From Yuukianura sp. NJ FZ-2021 (taxonomy: Eukaryota): a stretch of 64,000 nt of DNA. Shown here piece by piece: positions 1 to 12,143 of this stretch. Numbering within the stretch: the first letter of the stretch is position 1; each line of letters begins with the position of its first letter. Below the pieces are notes generated by a model. The model ran no database searches. It worked only from the letters and a program-made list of their open reading frames with translations, and was not told the DNA's origin. Position numbers and translations under genes: made by a program. The stretch lies in NCBI GenBank assembly GCA_046563655.1, contig CM102289.1, forward strand, positions 1,116,001-1,180,000, given 5' to 3'.

Positions 1-467
1 TAATAATTTTTGCAACTTTGGTAGCACATGTGCAATCTCCTAAGATATCTCCAATTTTCGTTTGTTTTCACTTTTTATTTATATTTTTTGGAAGTCTGCT
101 TGAAATTTCTTCTACACCTCAACGCAACATAGCCCGAAATTGCGTCATATTTGTAATTACTTTGTGGTTTTTGTTGACAGTTATTTTGACAAATGGATAC
201 AAAGGAGTAGTTGTTTCGTACTTGACTAGTGCTAAACCCATTACACAAATGTACACAAAGTTCAGTGATTTAGAGGACTTCGTTGTAATAACCAATGACT
301 ATGATAACCTATATTTGACCTATAGAGTTAAGCTTTATTATATCCATAATTTTTTCCCAGAAGAACTTTCGACTCTGTCCTACTGTGAATGCAAAATTAA
401 TTGGATGCGTACTACAGTCCCATTTGTTGATATTTCCGTTGAGATTTCTGGGAACACTGCCCTCAAG

Positions 468-2274
468 TATGGAGGGATATTAGTAGCAAAACTATTTTAC
501 TTTCCCCCGCCAATTAAAGTTTCCCGAATTAAAAAAGTTAACTTTCCCCCATTTATTTAATTGGCGAAAAGTTAATTTAATTGGGGAAACTTTAATCGGC
601 GAAAAGTTAATCGGGGAAACTTTAATCGGCGAAAAGTTAATCGGGGAAACTTTAATTGGCGAAAAGTTTATTGGGGAAACTTTAATCGGCGAAAAAGTCT
701 AAGCGTACGGTAAAAAGCGTACGCTTAGAAAACGTACGCTTAGAACAATTGGGAGAAAAGTCTAAGCGTACAGTAAAAAGCGTACGCTTAGAGAACGTAC
801 GCTTAGAACCAATTGGGGAGAAAAGTCTAAGCGTACAGTAAAAAGCGTACGCTTAGAAAAGCGTACGCTTAGACAAATACTGATATAACTAAATATAACC
901 TTACTCGAAACGATTAAAATTTGCATTCTATAAATTACAGAATATATTGATTATGTTGATTACAGAATATTATTTATTTTTATTATAAAATATGAATCTT
1001 ACAAATACTTTATTTCTCATATGCTTTCCTACGGTTTTGAAAAATGTATGGCGCCATAATTTAAATGATGTCTTCGTGATGCCATTATTAAGTAGCGAAA
1101 GTATGAGCTACTTTATGTTTTTCCCCGGGTCTGTCTGTCCGTCTGTGCGTCTGTCCATCTGTCTGCTGGTCAAGCTAGCTCTGGAACCGCTGGACCGATC
1201 TTCAATCTGTTTTCACATTTGCGTTTCACATGTTCTAGGGGTGCTTAATCAGTGTCCAGCTTGACCGGAAGTTGTCCAGGTCAAAGGTGAAATACTTTAA
1301 TGACGGAAATCGCACAAATGACCTCTACAAAAGTTGTTTATCTCATTGGGCGTAACAGCTTTTATAAAGGTGACCTTGACAATTGATCTACGGTTACAGA
1401 GATACAGACGATAAAAGTTGCAAAATTGCGACCCTCGTCCTACTCGGCGAATCATGACCTACTTTATGTTTTTCCCGGAGTATGTCTGTCTGTCCGTCTG
1501 CCTGTCTGCACTATAACTATACCTCCGAAACCCCTGGACCTATTTGCAATCTGTCTTCGTCATCCAGTTTGGCATAGCCTGGGGGGTGATTAATAAGGCT
1601 CCGGTTTGACCGGAAGTACACAATTTCTGGGTTGTGCACTCTAGCGTCCTTACCCTACTTACGTACGGCGTTTACAACGGTTTATTTACATTAGTGAAGA
1701 CATCATTTAAATTATGCCGCCATACATTTTTCAAAACCGTAGGAAAGCATATGAGAAATAAAGTATTTGTAAGATTCATATTTTATAATAAAAATAAATA
1801 ATATTCTGTAATCAACATAATCAATATATTCTGTAATTTATAGAATGCAAATTTTAATCGTTTCGAGTAAGGTTATATTTAGTTATATCAGTATTTGTCT
1901 AAGCGTACGCTTTTCTAAGCGTACGCTTTTTACTGTACGCTTAGACTTTTCTCCCCAATTGGTTCTAAGCGTACGTTCTCTAAGCGTACGTTTTTTACTG
2001 TACGCTTAGACTTTTCTCCCCAATTGTTCTAAGCGTACGTTTTCTAAGCGTACGCTTTTTACCGTACGCTTAGACTTTTTCGCCGATTAAAGTTTCCCCA
2101 ATAAACTTTTCGCCAATTAAAGTTTCCCCGATTAACTTTTCGCCGATTAAAGTTTCCCCAATTAAATTAACTTTTCGCCAATTAAATAAATGGGGGAAAG
2201 TTAACTTTTTTAATTCGGGAAACTTTAATTGGCGGGGGAAAGTAAAATAGTTTTGCTACTAATATCCCTCCATA
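468..2274. mobile_element. Non-autonomous foldback DNA transposon with ~600-bp terminal inverted repeats
   Basis: Arms ~468-1075 and ~1696-2274 are near-perfect reverse complements; CTCAAG flanks both ends (462-467, 2275-2280). Arms contain 30-bp tandem units and AAGCGTACGCTT palindromes. No transposase. Confidence 0.9.
1108..1617 (+). repeat. Two diverged direct repeats with (GTCY)n microsatellite inside the foldback spacer
   Basis: CTACTTTATGTTTTT..GTCTGTCCGTCTG..TTGACCGGAAGT at ~1108-1272 and ~1459-1617. Confidence 0.65.
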
Positions 2275-2746
2275 CTCAAGCGAATAGTTGAATTCACCAA
2301 CTCACACAGTTTCCAATGCATTAACCTGCCAGACATTCCACTCGGCAAAGACCATTCAATGGAACATTGCGCCGATTCTTACACATATGTCAATGAATAT
2401 GAAGAAAGTAGCAGCAACAGCTCCTTATCTGACTCCACTGTAAAACACTTTCCATCCACATTTATACTAGCAGTCTTGTCGGCAGTGAACAACATAAAAT
2501 ATTTCCTAGACCACAACGCCACACTCCCAAGACTTGCACAAATGCTGTCATTTTGCACAAAAACGGCCTTTTTCGCACCGGAGCCAGATTTAAATTTATT
2601 TTTAGCCTACTATGAAAATAGAGCGAATCGCCTTGGTACTGAAGAAAAAGCAGTGATTTTCCGTAAAGGGACGGAACCATTCGGCACATATGTGCTCGGA
2701 TACAATATACGAGAGACTCGTCAGTACAAAGGATTGCAACAACTCA

Positions 2747-3519
2747 AGCCCGAATCACATTGCAGGCCTTGCGTCGTGCGTCAACTTTAAAGTTGACGCT
2801 CAGAATTAAAGCGCGTTGATTTTGACGCAGACCCGAAGGCTATCACACTGCGAGCTCTGGCGTTGAAAAAAAAGCAGCTTCAAAAAAAACGCACAGATTT
2901 TCCTACACCTACTATGACTGATCCTAGGCTATGACTTATAGCCTATGAGGAACATGCAGAAAAGTATTGGATATGGATGAACAGCTGAGAAGCTGAGGTT
3001 AAATGTAATTCTTGGTCAATTTCAGTGCTTGACCTTCCGTTTCTTAACTTTCCCATTAAAGTCAAGGTTCTTCATCCATTTTTCCATAAATTAATTAAAT
3101 AAAATAATTAAATACAAATAACAAGTCCGGCGCCGGAACTTCTAACGATATTTTGATTCAGTAATGCAAAATGGACATTACCTGACTTGAAACTGAAGTT
3201 AAACCATGGCATAGTTAGTTAAAGTTCAAATAGCAGATGGTAAACAATTAAAAAAACAGACGATTCAATTTTGACGCGAAGAAAAGTTGAACCAAGTTCA
3301 ACTTCTCATCGCGTCAACTTTTCTTGACGCGGCGTCAGTTTTGAATCGGAAGGAGGCAGTGTGATAGCTCCCCGATTTTGAGGTCGCGTTGAGTTTGAAG
3401 CTGAGAAAAAACGCGCGTCAACTCAACGCAGCCTCAAATCCAATGTGATAGCCTTTTTCTCGCGTTGGATTCAAATCCAACGCAAAAAGTTGAGGTGCGT
3501 CGGCAATGTGATACGGGCT
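2747..3519. mobile_element. PIF/Harbinger-type MITE
   Basis: TIRs AGCCCGAATCACATTGC / GCAATGTGATACGGGCT; 3-bp TSD TCA (2744-2746, 3520-3522); excision restores the IR frame. Confidence 0.85.
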
Positions 3520-4090
3520 TCATGCACTTTGGAATTTACGGTTTGTGGGAAAAGTGGTTTCCCATTGTTAGACCTAATCCATTGGACGAGATTATGAATG
3601 AGCATGAAAAAGTACGATCACTGAACCGAAAACCAAAAAAATTAAAGTTGACAGGAAACATTATAACATGTTTTTATTTGCTGTTGGGTTGCTTGGGTTT
3701 GTGTAGTTTAGTATTTCTTTACGAGGTAAGAGCACAAATTTATAGTGTTATGGTAGAAGCCAAAATTGGATTCTTTAGGTTAAAAATAATTGTCATTCTA
3801 AGCTATACCGGACTTAGAAAAACTACAATTTTTCCTACCTTTGCAAGGAAACTAAAAATCAAAAGAAACAGCATTAACAGTAACTATAAAGAAAAGAACA
3901 AACTGAGCACTATCAACAACGGGGAATCACTTTTTCAACGATTATTACGCGGGTTTACTTGTTTCTCAATTGTAAAATTTATTCGAAATTTAACTAGTAA
4001 ATACTGAAAACCAGAAAGCAGAAACACATCAGTCAAGATTTTTTGCTACAATTTAATCATTTTTTGTCAATAATGTAATAAATTGTTAAT

Positions 4091-5633
4091 GGAGTTCGAG
4101 TTTAGTCACGAAGACGACAAGACGTATTCTATTTCACTCTCACACAAGTTATTAGAATCCTATTCCAAGCTTCAATCAAGCTTAAGTCAATAAGATTTTT
4201 CTTCTTAACTCAAACTCCTAAAGTCACTAAAGTTCAATCTTTTTCCACTGAATGCTACTCATTCACACTTTAATCCAGTTGCAATGGAAATAGCTAACTT
4301 TTGCCTCAAAAGTTTAATTTCTGTTTTCCACTTTCACCAATTTACTGACGAACAACTGAAAACCATCTCCAGGGTCAAAGTACAATTTGATCATCAATTC
4401 AACAGCCAAGCACAGCTTTTACGTAGCCCTAAACCAGCCCTGGAAACCCAACTTAACGTCATCATTCATGGACTACAACTCAGTGTAACTTCTACAAAAT
4501 CAGTTTCGCAGTGGATCCATCAGAAACTAGGTATACGAATTCGAGTTGACGCTGTGAAAGTGTTTGGGAAAAAAGGCACCACTCTCGTTACACTGAAAAC
4601 TTTAAAAGAGAAAGCTATACTTTTTGGTCGTGGCCACTTGCTCAAAGGCTCAAAGATCGGCATTTCTGATGATCTTACTCCAGAACAAAGGATTAATGGC
4701 AAGGCATCTACTTCGAAATCTAACATCAAGGTTGGTGACGTAATCTCAGCTCCCTGCAATATTCCGTGTGCTGAATTTTTAAGGAACAATGACATCCTAA
4801 GTACCCATACACAAAAAAATGAAGCTCTTGAATGCAGATCACTGTCGCCCCACCCCCAAAATCCGGATTTGGAGGAGGGGCAGGTTCTACTTAATGTTGC
4901 AATAACCCAGGATTGTCAAACATCCACTTCTTTGGAAAAGAGTAAGCGAAAAAAGAAAAAGAAACTCAGAAATCCTAGCCAACCGTCAAGTCAGCAAATT
5001 TCAGAATCTTTTTCCCACGACACAAGTCTCACCCAATCTGCATCTACAGAAATAGCGAAGTCCAACGGAACCAAATCAAGCAAGAAACATAACCCGGTTA
5101 TGGATTTGCTCTCATTGAAGGCCGCGGTAACAGCAAATGGAAAGATGGGCTTTGTTAAACAAGCAACTCGCCTCTACGGTGACGTCACTGATAATACTCT
5201 GGATGAAATCAACCGGAGCCTTAACAAAGTAAAAATGAAGGAAGCTGTTGCACTCCTAAGAGATCGCAGAAAACGATGTTAGATAATCTCTTAACATTAT
5301 CAATAGACCTCTGCTTAATAGTTTAGTCATAAGTGCCACTCTGTTATAAGTATCACCAAGGTTAGCTGAATAACTAATTTGAAACATTAATGTTATTTGC
5401 TCTCTATTTCACTCGCAACTCAAATGTTATGAGTCTTATGTACCTAAACTAGTTATGAGTTGATTGGCTTCTAGCTTCAGTAATTAACTTTCCACACTAA
5501 CTAAAGTCTAAATCTATTTCCAAATAATCTGCTCGAACTCGGTGAAGTATAAACAATTGGTATAAATATTTTGAGCTTCATGGGCTTTGGGCCCGCAAGG
5601 AGCAAATAAACTTACAATACAAATACAATACAA
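4091..5633 (+). mobile_element. Non-autonomous non-LTR retrotransposon encoding only an ORF1-like protein
   Basis: 15-bp TSD TAATAAATTGTTAAT (4076-4090, 5634-5648), empty site at 16053-16067. 3' end has a GGGC..GCCC stem-loop, AATAAA and a (TACAA)n-like tail. Confidence 0.8.
4284..5282 (+). CDS. LINE ORF1-like protein (CR1/L2-type RRM-like region)
   Basis: 332-aa ORF with VIIHGL...LVTLKT...KAILF...LKGSKIGISDDLTPEQR, a pattern typical of non-LTR ORF1 proteins, followed by a basic/Ser-rich tail. Confidence 0.7.
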   Translation: MEIANFCLKSLISVFHFHQFTDEQLKTISRVKVQFDHQFNSQAQLLRSPKPALETQLNVIIHGLQLSVTSTKSVSQWIHQKLGIRIRVDAVKVFGKKGTTLVTLKTLKEKAILFGRGHLLKGSKIGISDDLTPEQRINGKASTSKSNIKVGDVISAPCNIPCAEFLRNNDILSTHTQKNEALECRSLSPHPQNPDLEEGQVLLNVAITQDCQTSTSLEKSKRKKKKKLRNPSQPSSQQISESFSHDTSLTQSASTEIAKSNGTKSSKKHNPVMDLLSLKAAVTANGKMGFVKQATRLYGDVTDNTLDEINRSLNKVKMKEAVALLRDRRKRC

Positions 5634-5739
5634 TAATAAATTGTTAATAAAAGTTACAAAAATTTGACAAAGGAATACAATGAATGGCTTGGACTGACAG
5701 GATGCAAAGAAAAAATCGAAAACAACTTTCCTTATTTTT

Positions 5740-6115
5740 TGAAACACTCATCCCATTCCAACATTTACATGTACCCTTTGAACTAGATTACAATACGGCA
5801 ATTTTTAATCCAAAATTTCACCAATTTGATACTTCCATGCGTCCTGTATTTCAAAATTTCGAAATTCCTGAAAAACTGAAAACCGGTCCAGGAAAACTGG
5901 TTTATTTTTCAATTGGAACAATCGGTTCAACCGAATTGAATTTGATAAAAAAAGTGATTTCAATTTTTTCAAAATCTCATCACAGATTTATTGTTTTTAA
6001 AGGTAAATTTAACACTAAATTCAAAATTTAGTGGTTTACGTCGTCCAATCGTCCAACAGCCAATCAGAAGCAGCGGACCTGGTTGAAGAAATTGCTAGCA
6101 AATATGGACAGTCAA
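5740..6115 (+). pseudogene. UDP-glycosyltransferase fragment
   Basis: PFELDY..FHQFD..GPGKLVYFSIGTIGS..RFIVFKG matches the UGT at 13368; an internal deletion joins it to the last-exon motif QSSNSQSEAADLVEE. Confidence 0.8.
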
Positions 6116-6398
6116 ACGATACTTCCCAAAAGAATTGAAACATTTTCCAACAACGGCAATTATAAAAGTAACCGAAATTTTTTCCGAAGTTCTGCTAAAC
6201 AAAATTCAAATATATTTAGGAATTTGTTTTGAATAGAAAAAAACTTAATGTGATAGAAAACCAATGTAAAGAAAAAGTAGGTGACGATGGAGCTCCACGG
6301 AGAAAATTTTAGTTGAAACCAAAAACCAAATTGGTAAAAATTTGATAAAATCAGAACAAATTTTTTTCAACATGTCCGATTTTTGAAAACCACTTAAG

Positions 6399-7798
6399 TT
6401 AGGCCAACACAATAACATTTATAAGACATTCAAACAGGAGACTAAAGTAAGTAGCTGGCGTTGATCGTCTCATAAAATAAAAATTCGAAACTTGGATTTT
6501 GAGAGGTCTCAAACTCCGCACAGTTCGAATTCCCGCTCCGCTTGACCTTTGACCCCTCCAAGTCGAAATCAGTTTCTGACTTTTCGTGTTGACCTCTGAC
6601 CCTGTCAGTGTTATAGTAAGCAGGACACTAGTTGAAACGACAATTCTGATCATAAAGCTCACGTACAATGACATTCCAAATTTTCCATTCCTTCCGCTAA
6701 CTAAAAAGTAAGCTTGGAAAACCCATGACCCTCCAACAAGTCCCACAACGGCCGGGATATGCGCAGAAGCAAAACAGTTATTGTGCAACTGGTTCATAAG
6801 TTGATAGAGGCGGTATGTTCCAAGTTGCTGTTCATCTGTGTCGGATCTGTTCAAAATTTTAAAATTTTAAAAGTGAAAAATGAAATTTCGAAAATTTTAA
6901 CTTCTTTTTTTGAAACCTGGACTGTTTTATACATACCTAAGTAGGTCCATTGCTTTGATTGTGCCAATCAGGTACACTATGGAGTAAAAAACAAGACAAA
7001 GACCAAAAGCTATGAAAAAGTAGAACAAATAAGTGTCCAGCATGGAACAAAGCAAACTCAGCACAAAATTTTCATATTTTTTCGGCACAAAATAGTATAA
7101 GTTGTATACTTGGCGTGGATTCATCAATTTCAAAATAAATACGAGGCCAAGGGTGTTTACAGTTGCAAAGACGCTGAGCATTTTTGAAAATTTTTGAACC
7201 GCCCTCCAGTTTGAACTGAATTTACTGCTTCCGTATTTTCCTGAAAATCATCAATGTATAGCTAAAATTATAATTTGTGATTAGTACATTAAATGTAATC
7301 TTGAAATATTTAGCAACTTATTACATAAACTTTTGGGACAAATGGATTATGCCTACCTTCAATAATATTTTGCAGAACCAGAATTTGGTTAAATAAGTAA
7401 GCATGAGCATATCGATTCAAAGCCACCGTAGTGTGAACCACAACCGAAATGAAGAACACAATAATAAAAAATCCAGTCATAATTGCTTGCGTAAGTTTAA
7501 GTTCCAAATTGGTGTTAAAGTATTGGACCATGACGTAAACCACCGAAAATAATTTCAAATATGACAAGCTAATAAAAAACAGCCAAATATTTTGTCTTCT
7601 TTTCGACACCAATATAATTTTGCCACTTTTGTCAAATGTAAACGGAAAAATTCCAAGTTTGGACACAAAAAGGACAAATTTTGCTATAAATCGAATTTGC
7701 GAAATTGCCAAGTCAGGGTTGTCCAGGAACTCAAACGCAGTTGCAACCCTGCTCTTCTGGAATTCTAAAATTTTCAAAAATCGGTCAGATTTTAACAT
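6399..7798 (-). CDS. Gustatory receptor-like 7TM chemoreceptor (3 exons, copy A)
   Basis: Hydrophobic exons ~7798-7357, 7240-6937 and 6846-6399 with GT-AG introns; C-terminus RPLKIQVSNFYFMRRSTPATYFSLLFECLINV resembles the GR/OR TM7 region. Confidence 0.7.
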
Positions 7799-8918
7799 AT
7801 TTCTTATTTTTCTAGTTTACTTTTTTCCCTTATTTGCACTCCGAAATTTACTTGAACACAAAAGTGACTGACGTGAAAAAAAAGCAAAAGTCAAGGAGGG
7901 TGAATACTGTAGTGCAATAAACTTGATTAATTTGAATACAAAAAGAACTATACTCGGGATTTCAAAAATGGAAGAAATGTACAGCGTATTTCACAAACTG
8001 TGTTCAAATTTTAAAAAAAGCTATAGAGTAAGCAGATTTAACAAAAAAAAAATAAAATAAGTTCCAATTATCCCTGCTTTTTTGTTTATCTTTGTTAAAA
8101 ACTTCGCTGTTCTTGTATCATTTTTTCTTTTTTGTGCAAAAAAAAACACTCGTGGTCAGTTTTTTGTGACGGCCACTGTACACCATGATTGGCTTTCTGT
8201 TAGATCTTGATTAAGTTAAACTCAATACAACTCCCAAATTGGAATACTGCAAACGAAACCAGGCAAATGTAATCAGAACAAATGAATGACAAAGGCGTTC
8301 TGCAGATTAGAAACTACCCCAAACTACTTTTCTTAAAAAATAAAACATCCATGGAAGTAGGACAAAATTCCTGCAAAAATTGTCTTGAAAATTTTTTCTA
8401 CTTTTTCAATAGCAAAAATTTCAGATATCGTGCTAAATGCTTTCAGGGTTCGAACTTAATGGAAATTGTATAAAGTCGACATTCCGTGTTAAACTTTGAG
8501 AAATAAAAGTTCCGCCCCTGAACATAGGATGACGCCGAAATGTTTTAAATTTGTTTTCCTTTCACGCAAATACAAAGAAATTAATTTTTACCGCAAACTG
8601 ATCGACATTTGAGTTTTCATTTTTAAGCTTAAGACTCTTTACTTCATTTGAACAATTCAATTATAATGAAATCCTCAATACAAACCTCGTGGTTGGCAGT
8701 TCCAAGGACTTGAAGATTTTAAACACCAAAAACTAAAAATTTTTAAAAGGTTTAATTTTTTTTTTTTTGAAAACTTTTACGGTTAGGGCTAAATTTTAAT
8801 TTTCGTTTTGGCACTTGCACACGGTAGATGTTCGTGCAGAATTTGGTATAAAGCGACACGACAACCTTCGACTTTACTACCATTCTCTTTAGCATTTGAT
8901 TTTGAGCCATTGGACAAA

Positions 8919-11792
8919 ATGTTTACCATATTTTTCTCATTATTGTTATTTTTAAAAGTAAGTTTTTGTTCTAAAATATTGAATTTGAACCACTGGTTGT
9001 CTCCGTTTTCCAATTGTCATCTGCATATCATCAGTCACGTTACTTTCGATTTTGACGAATTTGAAACTCCCGTAATCCTGGAAGACGTCCTCTACAACTA
9101 CAAAAATCGGATTGAACAATTCGGTGGAGCTCGTATCCAGCGTCTGCATTGGGATCGCCTGCAGAAGTTTATGACAAATAGTCTTACAAGATTCAACAAA
9201 ACGCGGTTGATCAGCTCCACGCTCGACCTACGCAGCAATGACACTCTCACGCTCGTTCCGTTCAATTGGGCATGCGTGGTCCATGTTCTTCTGATTCCAC
9301 AATTTAAATTCAGCGGTGATGCCGACTTTTACTGGACCGAACTGCCCGTTTCTGCTTCTTTGGTCAACTACTTCAATCCATTCGGCAGAAATCAAATCTC
9401 TGTGGCCAACCCCGGACTCTGGCCAAATGCAGAAATAAGGGCCTCGGGCCAATATTTCCTCTTTTTCGGTACTCGCAAAACTTTTGAGCCTTTCTGGGTC
9501 AATGCCATGAACATCCGGATCGGCGTTGGACAAAACACGAGAAATTTAGTTTTTCATCTTTCCCGCCAAAAGTTTTTGGACAAAAACTACTACTTAAATA
9601 ACCAGTCAATGATACGCATTTGTGCTCTGTGTAAGGCACCACTTAAATGGTTCCCTATTCTGAATTTCAGTAAAGCAGAACTGGAAAAAGAGTGGAAATA
9701 TTGGGAAACTTGGAACAATTGTTCAGAGGTTGCCTGGGACATTGGAATTTGGCCACAAGTCTCTCTTCGTGAAAATTATGCAAGGCGATTCGGCGGGACC
9801 CCTACACATCGCCAAATTTTGAAATTCAAAGATGTTCAAGCGCGAAATTTAAAAAGTTCCACAATCCACGTCAACTACATCCTGGCCAACCTTGTTTTGC
9901 CCAAAATGCGGGCAAATGCAAAAATCAACGAATATTCAGCTACTTATGGTCCAACACCTAAAATAATTTTTGATGCCATGAACGGTCTGTTTTTTAGACA
10001 ACAAATGCAGTTTCGATTTATCACGTGTGATGGCGCGCTCCACGAAGGATTTAAATTTGATTCACTTTATTCCGCTATTGACTCGTTTACTTGGATCTGT
10101 ATCTTTGCAATCACTGTATTAGCTGCTATTGTTACCAAATGTGTTTTGAAATTCCATAAAATCGGGGGTCAGTGGCCATTTTTGGACATGTTGGGGTCAC
10201 TGGTAGAGCAAAGTCTTGGTCCACTTTTGAATCCAAAGCAGTGGTGGCCACTTTATTGGATTTTGGGCCCTTGGCTGTTTACTACAATTGCGCTGATTAG
10301 TTACTACAAAGGTGACATGACAACAGACATCACTGCGCCGATGCACGTTGCTCTACTCAAGTCTTTTGCTGAACTTGTACAACGCAACTACACGATTTAC
10401 ACAAAGGGATATCCACTTCAAACGGAGTTGGATAGATTTTACGACAAAAGAAGTTGGAGTTTACTTGGGTACTGTACGGAATACGGGAAGATGTGGGAAA
10501 CCTTTAGGCGGAACTATGACAAGTATAATACAACGGTAAACTAATTTTAATTCACGGCTTCAACGCTTTCTAAAAAAAAATCTCATCATTCGCATTTCAA
10601 ATAAGAGTTCACAAAAAATACAATTTACAATTACAATTACAGAAGACTCTGTACCTGAGAAAATGTTGCAAAATACAAAACAAATGGCGATTGCACAAAA
10701 ATTTCCTTACTCTGAAGTCCTATTGTCATTGACAAAATAAAACCAAAATTGCATATGGGTGGATTTTGCAATGACAATATAATCTCAGGGTACGGAAGTT
10801 TTCTATTCTGGATTGTGCAATTGCCATTTATTTTGTATTTTGCAACATTTGCTAAGTATAGAAATCTAATGTCATAGCTACAGCAGGCAATCCTTAGTTG
10901 GAAATTTTCGATAATTGTAATTGTGAATTGCAATTCTTAGTGAAATTCTGTGAAATTGTGATTTTTGGTAGGGTAGTGAAGGGTAGATTCCCATAGAAAG
11001 AGTTGGTAGCTCAAAGGACTGGTGTACCTATTGAGACGAATTGATTCCGGTTCGAGTCCCAGGCGGTTCAATATTTTTTTCTTTGAGTTTCAGAAAGAAT
11101 ATAGCATGTTTTGGTTGATAAATCAGTATATTGCTATTCCCAAAAACAATGACGGATTTCTGGAACGGATTTCAAAAGAGAAGAAAACAGCGTATGCTGA
11201 CTGGGACACCAGGCTACTGCCAGTTGACAAAACACTGCAGGCGCAAGGAAATTGTGAAGGCGGAAGGTTCCTGTCACGCAGTAACGAAAGCATGATGAAC
11301 GTAACTGTTGGGTGGTACTTGGAACATTGGGTGGATCCAGGAATTCCGGACAGGTTGAGCCACATTGAGGCCGGTGGGATTTATGACTACTGGAGAAATA
11401 TGGAGTCCCACCTCAAGGAAATCCACCTCGTCCGGACCCACGGTGTGCTAAAATGGAATGCTGTCAAAGAACTCAACCTGAGTGACAACATTGGTGGGAT
11501 TTTTCTGGTTTACTTGGGCGCCACTGTCGTGCTTTGCTTGTTCCTCGCTGCTGAGTACATCGCTGACACTGCATCTGTAAAGTGGAACAAGAGGAAAACC
11601 AAAGTAGGAAAATTTGAAAACAAAAACGAAGAAATTTCCACAAATTTAAAAAGTGTACTCGGAGTTGTGGCGTTTGGCAACAGTCCCCCTGCCAACCTGC
11701 CAACGACGGAGAAACATGGAGGGACATCCGACTCCGCACTGTGCAAAATTGAACCTGACAGCTCAATTGGTAGTGAGCCTCTTCCGGAGTGA
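8919..11792 (+). CDS. Divergent ionotropic receptor-like protein, paralog a (exons 8919-10535, 11094-11792)
   Basis: Signal peptide; FITCDG before M1; pore LVEQS; M2 followed by YKGD..ITAP; S2-like IEAGGIYDYW; last TM after LNLSDNIGGIF; phase-0 GT-AG intron. Confidence 0.75.
10596..10955. mobile_element. Imperfect palindromic MITE-like element in IR paralog a intron
   Basis: Nested inverted arms (e.g. ~10661-10698 vs ~10813-10850); absent from the homologous short intron of paralog c. Confidence 0.6.
10999..11070 (+). mobile_element. Degenerate tRNA-like (SINE-head-like) element, intronic
   Basis: A-box-like TAGCTCAAAGG, B-box GGTTCGAGTCCC, then a T-run and the splice acceptor at 11093. Confidence 0.6.
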
Positions 11793-11895
11793 AGAGACGT
11801 GGGTTCGAGTCTCATTCGTTCCTTTATTTTTCCTGCACTTATTCTTTATTGTCTCTCAAGCCACGGGAGTCTCCTTAAGCCCCACAGAGTGTAAA
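11751..11895 (+). mobile_element. tRNA-derived SINE-like element
   Basis: CAGCTCAATTGGTAG, GGTTCGAGTCTC, and a body shared with copies at 26728, 30527 and 46772. Confidence 0.65.
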
Positions 11896-12143
11896 GTTAG
11901 CACTTACCCAAAAACCTAACTGAATTTGGAGATTCTATAAATATTGTCTAACGGTACTAAAATTTCATCCAAAAATATAATGTTCAAGAGCCCCTTCTGA
12001 CGTGCCTCGCTTTTATTTCAAAGTCCCTTTCAGTTTCATTTTGTTATGTTCAAAAAAATTTGAAATCATCAAACTTAATATCTTGTTCCATAAAATCAAA
12101 AAGCCTAAAAAATTCAACTTCGTTAAAAATTCTAACCCCACAA

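Larger units (their letters stand above)
1..4007 (+). pseudogene. Divergent ionotropic receptor-like gene (5' end outside window) disrupted by two transposons
   Basis: ORFs 18..560, 2359..2790 and 3465..4007 are collinear with the intact paralog 50898..53312 (LWFLLTVILTNGYKG, ISGN, RKGTEP, GIYGLWEKWFP, LTGNIITCFYL). Removing 468-2274 and 2747-3519, each with one TSD, restores one frame (..GNTALK|RIVEF.. and ..LQQL|MHFGIY..). Confidence 0.85.

Noticed and set aside
992..1264. Protein encoded by the foldback element
   Set aside because: Translation of TIR and microsatellite DNA; no transposase motifs.
466..2276. Polinton/Maverick
   Set aside because: AG..CT termini and a 6-bp TSD cannot both hold at the same boundaries; no polymerase or integrase.
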